Part shown: in pieces, positions 9,344 through 15,919 of the stretch
Position numbering within the stretch: the first letter of the stretch is position 1
Layout: each line of letters starts with the position of its first letter
NCBI GenBank assembly: GCA_963847445.1
Contig: CAWJZV010000035.1
Location: 1-17,021, forward strand
Source: an uncultured delta proteobacterium
GTDB taxonomy: Bacteria; Desulfobacterota; Binatia; UBA9968
DNA: 17,021 nt
Reading direction: 5' to 3'
The notes under the pieces: generated by a model
Told to the model about the DNA's origin: nothing
The model's database searches: none
The model's input: only the letters and a program-made list of their open reading frames with translations
Made by a program: the position numbers and the translations under genes

Positions 9344-10627
9344 AGATTTCCGTGGACCAGCTTGCCCAGCGGCTGTCGGCGAGCCTCGGTGGCGACTCGA
9401 TCACTGGCTGGGAACACTCTGCTCGCAGAACACGATGTCGACGGCTTCACGCCGAAGTTGATCTGCACGCCTGCCACCGCGGAACAGTTAGCCGCTGCTG
9501 TGAGAATTTTTTCAGAAGCCCAGGCGACCATCGCGCCTTGGGGTGGCGGCACGGCGATGAGTTTGGGCAATCCGCCGCGCTCCCTCGATGTGGTCACAAA
9601 AATCACTCGGCTCAATCAAGTCATCGAACATGATCCCGCCAATCTCACGGTAACTGTGCAAAGCGGCATTACGCTCAACGCGCTGCAAAACGTCATCGCT
9701 GCGAAACAGCAGTTCGTCCCCTTCGATGCACCGTTACCAGAGCGCTCGACCATCGGCGGCATCGTCGCGGCAAATCTGAACGGGCCGCGGCGCGCAAGTT
9801 ACGGCAGCGTGCGCGATCTGGTCATCGGCATGAAAGTGGTCCTCGCGTCAGGCGAGATCGTCAAGGCCGGCGGCAAAGTCGTCAAAAACGTCGCCGGCTA
9901 TGACATGTGCAAACTCTTCACCGGTTCCCTCGGTACTTTGGCAATCATCGCCGAAGTAACCTTGCGAGTGGCGCCGATCCCACCGAATAGCGCGACCGTC
10001 ATCGCCATCGGCTCACGAGCACAAGCAGCGGATCTAGCCGGTCAATTGGCCGGCACGAAATTGCTCCCGACCTCGACCTTTATCTTCAACGCTGGTGAAG
10101 CGGCGCATTGGCAACTGGCGGTTAGTTTCGCCGGCTTTGCCGAGACGGTTACGCGCCAAGTCAACGATCTGGGCGAGCTGGCGCAGCGACTTGGCATGAC
10201 TCAAGAAATCGTCGACGGCGAAAGAATACGGCAATACTGGCAAGCGATCGCCGACCTCCCGGTCAGCCAGGATCGCCTGGTCTATCGCCTCACGGTCCCG
10301 CGCGACGCGGTCATGCGAACGATCGCGACAATTGCCGACTGGATAAAAGGAGAACCGGCACAGACGATTTGCGCCGATATGGCAATGGGAACGGTCTGGA
10401 TAGTTTTGCCGGCGAATCAATCGGCGCATGATTTGTTTCCGCGCCTAATCACGTTAACCCAACAGCAGCGTGGTCACGCCGTAATCTTCACCGCGCCGGC
10501 AAAGTTGAAGCAAGCCACCGATGTCTGGGGTCCGGCAACACCCGCCCATGCGCTCATGAGGAAAATCAAGCAGGAATTCGATCCAGCGGGCCTGCTCAAT
10601 CCCGGCCGCTTCGTCGGAGGTCTGTAA
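9340..10627 (+). CDS. glcE: FAD-binding glycolate oxidase subunit, GlcE-like, with one +1 frameshift near 9405
   Basis: GGGT, EHDPANLTVTVQSG, STIGG, GPRR..YGSVRDLVIG, GGKVVKNVAGYDMCKLFTGSLGTL and FDPAGLLNPGRF. ATG 9340 overlaps the repaired glcF stop (ATGA) and gives MKISVDQLAQRL before the shift. Confidence 0.87.
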
Positions 10628-10634
10628 TGCGAAC

Positions 10635-10661
10635 AGGGCAACCACAGGGGGTTGCCCCTAC
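10635..10661 (-). repeat. GTAG-type REP-like hairpin
   Basis: The minus strand reads GTAGGGGCAACC-CCCTGT-GGTTGCCCT and shares the GTAGGGGC head with 2314-2341. Confidence 0.75.
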
Positions 10662-10664
10662 AAG

Positions 10665-10724
10665 TCCGAATCTTTTTTTGCATTCTTTGCGCTCTTTGCG
10701 GTTAATATTCCGAATCCGAATCTT
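10665..10724. repeat. 9-mer tandem array flanked by TCCGAATCTT direct repeats
   Basis: TCCGAATCTT at 10665 and 10715, with an extra TCCGAA at 10709, around TTTGCATTC-TTTGCGCTC-TTTGCGGTT (10677-10703). Confidence 0.6.
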
Positions 10725-10730
10725 CAGCGC

Positions 10731-11234
10731 TTAGAAAAACCGCACCACCCAAGCGCTTAACCAGTTGTCGACACCATAAGCTGCGCTGCCTTTGATGGCG
10801 AAGTAGACCGCCGCGACCAGAAACACCAAGTTGTCACGCAGGCCGACTTCGTGGGCATGATAAGATTGTCGGTCGAAGGAACGAAAGTAGCCTTGGGCTT
10901 TTTCATCTTTGATCGCCGCCTGGACCACCGGCACCATGGTTGGCAAGACTTTAAGCCAATGCCAATGCAGCCCAAAGGTCGGTAGCAAGAAGATCACGAT
11001 CATCGCGGCGCAGATTGGCGTCTGAATTCCCGCCGCCAGTCCGAACCCGCCGACGACCATTAAAAAGGTCGCCATGAAGCCGAAAAAAACCGCTCCGTTG
11101 GGAAAGAGAATGCTGGCGGTGGTCACCGGATTGGGCCAGCGAATCACATTGCTGATGCCGCTGATCAACATGCGCCAGCCCAAAATCGCCCGCAGCAGCG
11201 CCTCCGCTAGTAGAACCAGTGTTGGGTTTTCCAA
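10731..11234 (-). CDS. DoxX-like integral membrane protein
   Basis: 167 aa with about 4 TM segments: LLRAILG..LISG, VVGGFGLAAGIQTP, TFGLH and NLVFLVA...GSAAYGVD match the DoxX pattern. TTG start. Confidence 0.72.
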   Translation of the reverse strand: MENPTLVLLAEALLRAILGWRMLISGISNVIRWPNPVTTASILFPNGAVFFGFMATFLMVVGGFGLAAGIQTPICAAMIVIFLLPTFGLHWHWLKVLPTMVPVVQAAIKDEKAQGYFRSFDRQSYHAHEVGLRDNLVFLVAAVYFAIKGSAAYGVDNWLSAWVVRFF

Positions 11235-11275
11235 AGTGAACCGCCTTGTGAAACCAGGATAAGAAATTTCGCCGC

Positions 11276-11304
11276 ACTATAGTCACCTTGGGCATTACCG
11301 TCAA
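11276..11304 (-). promoter_or_regulatory. Putative sigma70 promoter of the DoxX-like gene
   Basis: Minus strand TTGACG (11304-11299), 17 nt, TATAGT (11281-11276). Confidence 0.65.
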
Positions 11305-11473
11305 ATAGCGGGCACTAAAGGACCATAAACGGCCAGCCGTGCTCGCCGCCGGTCGATTATCCGAACGGCGCCGCCAGTCACAAAGTTGTAGAACTGTTTG
11401 TCAAATGACTCAAAACCGTTTACTTCTACCAAGAAAGTTCTTTAATATGCGCCCTGTCAAACGGTTGGCATGG

Positions 11474-11489
11474 TGGCATGTCGGTTGCT
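11474..11489 (+). promoter_or_regulatory. Putative sigma54 (-24/-12) promoter
   Basis: TGGCATGTCGGTTGCT against the consensus TGGCACG-N4-TTGCW: one mismatch, correct spacing, 36 nt upstream of ATG 11526. Confidence 0.7.
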
Positions 11490-11525
11490 CATACACAGGC
11501 TGGCGCAAACAAAAAGGAGGTGACG

Positions 11526-12791
11526 ATGAAACAATTGTCACTTTGGCTACTGACCCTTTTCCTATCTCACCTGGCGTTCCTGCCAGCTCAGGCAATGGCC
11601 CAGTCGAGTCTATCCACGGCCAGTCCTTTCCCGGTGCCGGCAGGTCTGGAACCGGCGATCGAGTTTTGGAAAAAAATCTTCACTCAATACGGCTTGAATC
11701 AGTTGGTCTACTTCGATCCGCTCGACATGAGCAAGATCTACGAAGTCGTCGAGGTTGGCGAAGATAGCCGCTCCAGTCAGTATATCGACGGCGAAAGGTC
11801 GCGCATCGCCGCCGCCAACGATGTCGATATGGATCGGGTCAGAGCCCAACGCGGCGTGCGCGAACGCACCGCGGACGGCTTGAAACGCGCCGGCCGCTAT
11901 CTCGCGCAAATGCAGCAAGTATTCATCGACCGCGGCTTGCCGCCCGAACTAAGTTTCTTGCCGGTGGTCGAATCCTCCTACGACATGAGCGCCCGTTCCT
12001 CCGTCGGCGCCCTCGGCATGTGGCAATTCATGCCGGCCACCGGCAAAAGCTACATGCGCGTCGACCGACTGATCGACGAACGCAGAGATCCCATGGAATC
12101 GACTCGCGGCGCGGCAGCTTATTTGGATCAGGCCTATGGATATCTCGGCAGCTGGCCCTTAGCGATTACTTCATACAACTACGGCCAAGCCGGCATGGCG
12201 CGAGCCGTGGCGGAAATCGGTTCGAGCAATTTGGTCGACTTGATCGAGCGCTATAATCATCCCTACTGGGGCTTTCCCCCGAAACAGTTTTATGCCGAAT
12301 TTCTCGCCGCTGTGGAAATCGGCAAGAACTTCCAGCATTACTTTCCCGGGATAGAACAGGACGCGCCGCGAAAAATTCAGGAAGTAGCCCTGGCAAAAAA
12401 TACCTCGCTGGGCACGGCGATTAGGTCTACCGGCCTCAGCCAGGAAGAATTCATGCAGTGGAACCCCGCCCTATCGGCCAACATTCGCGTTCTGCCAGCC
12501 GGTTATCGCGTAAAGGCACCAGCAGACCGATCTGTTGAGCCCATCGTCGAAGTCGCCCAAGTAAACTATCAAGCGCCGGCCGGCGCGCCGCGCCGGATGG
12601 CGTCGGCGCAGCGTCAGCAACAGCAAACGCCGAAGGCTCAGGTCATCCATCACCGCGTGCAGCGCGGCGAGACGCTGATCCAGATCGCCCAACGATATGG
12701 GGCTTCGGTTCAGCGAATTCTGCAGGCGAACGGAATTCGCAAGGCGCACCTGGTAAGAGCTGGGACCACCTTGCGCATTCCAACAATCTAG
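11526..12791 (+). CDS. MltD-like lytic transglycosylase (SLT domain plus C-terminal LysM)
   Basis: AAGGAGG SD before ATG 11526, signal peptide, LPVVESSY (catalytic Glu), GALGMWQFMPATG, DERRDP, WPLAITSYNYG and the LysM HRVQRGETLIQIAQRYG. Confidence 0.92.
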   Translation: MKQLSLWLLTLFLSHLAFLPAQAMAQSSLSTASPFPVPAGLEPAIEFWKKIFTQYGLNQLVYFDPLDMSKIYEVVEVGEDSRSSQYIDGERSRIAAANDVDMDRVRAQRGVRERTADGLKRAGRYLAQMQQVFIDRGLPPELSFLPVVESSYDMSARSSVGALGMWQFMPATGKSYMRVDRLIDERRDPMESTRGAAAYLDQAYGYLGSWPLAITSYNYGQAGMARAVAEIGSSNLVDLIERYNHPYWGFPPKQFYAEFLAAVEIGKNFQHYFPGIEQDAPRKIQEVALAKNTSLGTAIRSTGLSQEEFMQWNPALSANIRVLPAGYRVKAPADRSVEPIVEVAQVNYQAPAGAPRRMASAQRQQQQTPKAQVIHHRVQRGETLIQIAQRYGASVQRILQANGIRKAHLVRAGTTLRIPTI

Positions 12792-12820
12792 ATCTAATTC
12801 GTCATCATCGGATATCTCTC

Positions 12821-12860
12821 GCGACCAGGCCGAGCCAAAAAACTGGCTCGGCCTGGTCGC
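12821..12860. terminator. 17-bp perfect inverted repeat downstream of the transglycosylase gene
   Basis: GCGACCAGGCCGAGCCA-aaaaac-TGGCTCGGCCTGGTCGC. There is no U-tract, so termination is inferred only from position. Confidence 0.55.
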
Positions 12861-12916
12861 ATCAAGCAAGCCATTGCGGATTCGTACCTCCATCCCCTGG
12901 TCTTCGCGGCGACACG

Positions 12917-12946
12917 TTGACAAGCTTTTGCATCGCCGATTATAGT
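12917..12946 (+). promoter_or_regulatory. Putative sigma70 promoter, possibly leaderless
   Basis: TTGACA (12917-12922), 18 nt, TATAGT (12941-12946), 7 nt, GTG 12954. No SD sequence. Confidence 0.7.
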
Positions 12947-12953
12947 CGCCTCC

Positions 12954-13913
12954 GTGAAACCATCTGCACGGAACTCAATCCTTTACGCGCTGCTGGTTCT
13001 AATATTGGGGGCTTCCGCCCATGCCCAAGAGCAGCGCAAAGTGCGCCTGGCCTATTCGGCCTTCAGCGTCTCTTTTTTGAATTTGTTTGTCGCCCGCGAC
13101 GCCGGTCTGTTCAAGAAACATGGTTTAGAACCGGAACTGATTCAGATGGCTGGACCGTTGCCGGTGGCCGCCCTTGCCTCCGGCGAGATCGATTTCCTCA
13201 CCGGCTATACCACCGGCATCATCGCCACCGGTCAGGGCGCGCCGCTCAAAGGCATCCTGATCGCCCTGCGCAAACCGCCTTTTTACGTCGTCGCCGAACC
13301 CAGCATCCAACGCATCAACGATCTCGCCGGTAGACGCATCGGCGTCGATCGCATCGGCAGCTTGCAGCACCTGGTCGTGCGTCTGCTCATGCGCAGCAAA
13401 GGCGCCGATCCCGAGAAGGCGATCTTCACCCAGACCGGTTCGGTGTCGAATACTGTGAGCAGCTTGGGCCAGGGCGCGGTGTCAGCAGCAGTGTTGTCGG
13501 GTCCGCACAACGTCATCATGGGACAAAAAGGTTTTCGCCAGGTCGGCGCCGCGGACGAGTTACCGATGCAGTTTCCCACCAGCGGCCTGGTTGTAAACGA
13601 AACCAAATTGAAGAGCGACGCCGCGCGCATCAAGAATGTCATCCGGGTCATGCTCGATGCCTCGGCGTTCTGCCGCAAAGAGCGAACCTGGGTGATCAAC
13701 TACATCCGCGACAAGTGGAAGGTCGAGCAGAAAACCGCCGAGACTGTCTACGAGCAGTGGCTGGGAATCCTTACGCCGGATGGTAAGATCGCTATCAAAG
13801 ACATGCAGGAATATTTCGACCTGGCCTATAGCCAGAAACAGATTCCTGCGCCGGTCAACGTCGCCGCGGTCACCGACTACACGTTGATCGATCAAGTGTT
13901 GGCGGGGAAATAA
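12954..13913 (+). CDS. ABC-type substrate-binding protein, NMT1/THI5/SsuA/TauA-like
   Basis: Signal peptide ending AHA-Q, VARDAGLFKKHGLEPELI, AALASGEIDF and INDLAGRRIGV. Confidence 0.88.
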   Translation: MKPSARNSILYALLVLILGASAHAQEQRKVRLAYSAFSVSFLNLFVARDAGLFKKHGLEPELIQMAGPLPVAALASGEIDFLTGYTTGIIATGQGAPLKGILIALRKPPFYVVAEPSIQRINDLAGRRIGVDRIGSLQHLVVRLLMRSKGADPEKAIFTQTGSVSNTVSSLGQGAVSAAVLSGPHNVIMGQKGFRQVGAADELPMQFPTSGLVVNETKLKSDAARIKNVIRVMLDASAFCRKERTWVINYIRDKWKVEQKTAETVYEQWLGILTPDGKIAIKDMQEYFDLAYSQKQIPAPVNVAAVTDYTLIDQVLAGK

Positions 13914-13934
13914 TTTTCAGTTTTCAGTGCGCAG
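13914..13934. repeat. Short 7-mer tandem array
   Basis: TTTTCAG-TTTTCAG-TGCGCAG immediately after the stop codon. Confidence 0.4.
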
Positions 13935-13986
13935 TCGCATTCGATTCTTAAACTCGAAACACTAGACGCCAAACAAGGAGTTTCAC

Positions 13987-14658
13987 ATGGTAGACGGCAA
14001 TGTACTCGTCGCTGCGGTAAAAAAAGAAATCATCGAGCCCGGCATCCAAAGTTTGATGGACAGCCAGTATTTCACCGAGCTGCGCCAGGGCAAGTTGTCG
14101 CTAAAACGAATGCAAGGTTGGGCGATCCAACATTATTTGCATAACAAGGCGATTCTCAAATCCTTTGCCTTGGGAATGGTGAAAAACGCCCATGAGCCGA
14201 TCATGTTCGACTACTTCACCGAGCAGTTCACCGAGGAGCAGAGCCATCCCGACCTGGCCAAACGTTTTGGCCTTGCCATTGGCCTCAAAGAAGAAGACTT
14301 TACCGAGGCGACGCAGATTTTCGAATGCCAGATTCATTCGGCGCGCACGGTCTATAACACTTTGATGGGCTACGCGCCGCAGAACCGCGCCTCGGCGCTG
14401 ACCAGCGAGAGCATGGTCTGCCGCTACTCGGAGGAATTCTTGAACGCCGGGCGCAAACACTACGGCCTCGACGATCGCGACCTGACATTTTTCTCCGTCC
14501 ACATGGTCGCCGACCAGGAGCACACTGCGCGCTCGGCGGAATTGATCTCGCGGATGGTCAAGACAGAGCGCGAAGAGCGCTTGGTCCGCGAAAGCGCCCA
14601 GTACATGGTGCGCATCAAGCTCGGCAAATTCGACGGCTTGTATCGGCAATACGCGTAG
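13987..14658 (+). CDS. Heme-oxygenase-like fold di-metal enzyme (TenA/PqqC/CADD superfamily)
   Basis: AAGGAG SD. Helical 223 aa protein with YF..LRQGKLS, EEQSH (E84, H87), E141 and FFSVHMVADQEH (H172, D176, H179), the ligand pattern of CADD-type di-metal sites. Confidence 0.8.
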   Translation: MVDGNVLVAAVKKEIIEPGIQSLMDSQYFTELRQGKLSLKRMQGWAIQHYLHNKAILKSFALGMVKNAHEPIMFDYFTEQFTEEQSHPDLAKRFGLAIGLKEEDFTEATQIFECQIHSARTVYNTLMGYAPQNRASALTSESMVCRYSEEFLNAGRKHYGLDDRDLTFFSVHMVADQEHTARSAELISRMVKTEREERLVRESAQYMVRIKLGKFDGLYRQYA

Positions 14659-14733
14659 CCTGTTCTGCATTAAACGATCCTCGGCTTAAGCCGAAGGAAT
14701 TTATAATGTCGTCTGGAAGTCGACCTCCCCTAC

Positions 14734-14895
14734 CGTCTTTCCCGCGAACGCGGGAATCGTCACCCCGATGAAAACCCGGGTCAATCCCCATCCCCTTAAC
14801 CTGGATACCGTTTTCAAACGGTATGACCGACGCTGTCCGCCACCTGGATGCCCGCTGGAGTTTATCTTGAGCCACGTCGCAGGGCGGGCATGACG
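14734..14895. repeat. Nested cluster of CGTC/GTC-type REP-like palindromic units
   Basis: Forward units CGTCTTTCCCGCGAACGCGGGAATC (14734-14758) and CGTCACCCCGATGAAAACCCGGGTCAA (14758-14784). Reverse units CTGGATACCGTTTTCAAACGGTATGAC (14801-14827) and CTGGATGCCCGC[28 nt]GCGGGCATGACG (14844-14895). Confidence 0.75.
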
Positions 14896-14990
14896 GACTT
14901 TCTCTTCGCGTGAACGCTAGGAATTTCAACCGACTCCGACAAGAGTCATTGAATGACGTGCGGGCGGCTGACTGGCAATTGCGGACGGCA

Positions 14991-15674
14991 CTAAGGGCAT
15001 AACGCCGTCGCCTCAATCTCCACCAAATATTTTTCACCGGCAAAGCCGTCGACAAAGGTAAACTCGATCTCCGGCACGCTCAGCCGGTTGGCCGCCGCAA
15101 GCGCTTGTTTCGCCGCGTCGATATTGGAACCGCGTTGGAGCAGCAGCGATAGTTTTTTTACCTTCGCCCAGTCGGTATTGGCCCGTGCAACGGCCTGATC
15201 CAATGTGCCAAGCACGTCCTTAACTTGCTGCTCCAGGGTCGCCGCCTCGGAAGTGAAGCCGGAGAAAAATAGCAGCCCATCGTATTCAAGATAGCAGAGA
15301 TAATTGCGCGCCGGCTCGAAGTCGACGGGCTTGCGTTGCGCCGCCCCATTCAATGGCCGCAGCGCCAGCAGCTCCAATCCGCCGGAGCCGGGTGAATCGA
15401 ACCATTCCTGCGAAATAAAACTCGAACTGGCGGCACGCCCACTGCCGCTGAGAAACTTTGACCTGGCCAGCGTCGCGTCCGTGCGCGCCTGGCGGTCCCG
15501 GCCGAAGACGCGAATGCGCGCCGTATTCTCGATCGACAAGTCATTCGTTTTGAGCGCCGTTTCGAATCTTCCGAATAGCTCTGCCGTCGTAGATTCCACC
15601 GATGCGCCGGCTTGCGCCTCTCCGGAGATTTCGACAAACTCCCGTCCCAGCCAAGAAAAGATCTTTGTTTCCAT
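14991..15674 (-). CDS. Tandem-domain Rid (YjgF/YER057c/UK114)-like protein
   Basis: Two similar halves: VEISG...LELLA and LLFFSG..TLEQQVKDVL...DWAKVKK...LVEIEATA. ATG 15674 is preferred over TTG 15698. Confidence 0.7.
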   Translation of the reverse strand: METKIFSWLGREFVEISGEAQAGASVESTTAELFGRFETALKTNDLSIENTARIRVFGRDRQARTDATLARSKFLSGSGRAASSSFISQEWFDSPGSGGLELLALRPLNGAAQRKPVDFEPARNYLCYLEYDGLLFFSGFTSEAATLEQQVKDVLGTLDQAVARANTDWAKVKKLSLLLQRGSNIDAAKQALAAANRLSVPEIEFTFVDGFAGEKYLVEIEATALCP

Positions 15675-15782
15675 AGTGGCGATAACATACTGCAACACCG
15701 CGGCCGAGACAAAGCGAATTTTGCGTCTAGCGGAGCAATTTCAATTCACCGAGGATCGGACGTGGCGTTAACGTCCCGAATC

Positions 15783-15809
15783 TGTCATTTCGAGCGAAGC
15801 GAGAAATCT
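15783..15809 (+). repeat. GTC-type REP-like hairpin, single unit
   Basis: TGTCATTTCGAGCGAAGCGAGAAATCT, a GTCA-headed imperfect hairpin of the same general design as the units at 14734-14895. Confidence 0.55.
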
Positions 15810-15919
15810 CTTCCGCCCCTAGCACCGAGACCACAATCGAACACCCTATGACCCGCCCGCCTTGCGTTTGCCCGTCTGTTTGGCATATCTGGCTTAAACC
15901 GTCTCGAAGGGAAGATTTA

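Noticed and set aside
8851-9633. ORF-track 260-aa protein as a standalone gene or a GlcF-GlcE fusion
   Set aside because: It is a chimera of the glcF middle, out-of-frame sequence and the glcE N-terminus, created by frameshifts.
13987-14658. Specific call as pqqC, tenA or CADD pABA synthase
   Set aside because: No pathway context, and only the general fold and metal ligands can be recognised.
14734-14895. CRISPR array, tRNA or riboswitch
   Set aside because: No identical direct repeats with regular spacers, no cas genes, no cloverleaf, and it lies between convergent 3' ends.
14615-15055. 146-aa minus-strand ORF across the intergenic region
   Set aside because: It is a translation of the REP stack, overlaps both flanking genes and has no protein-like features.
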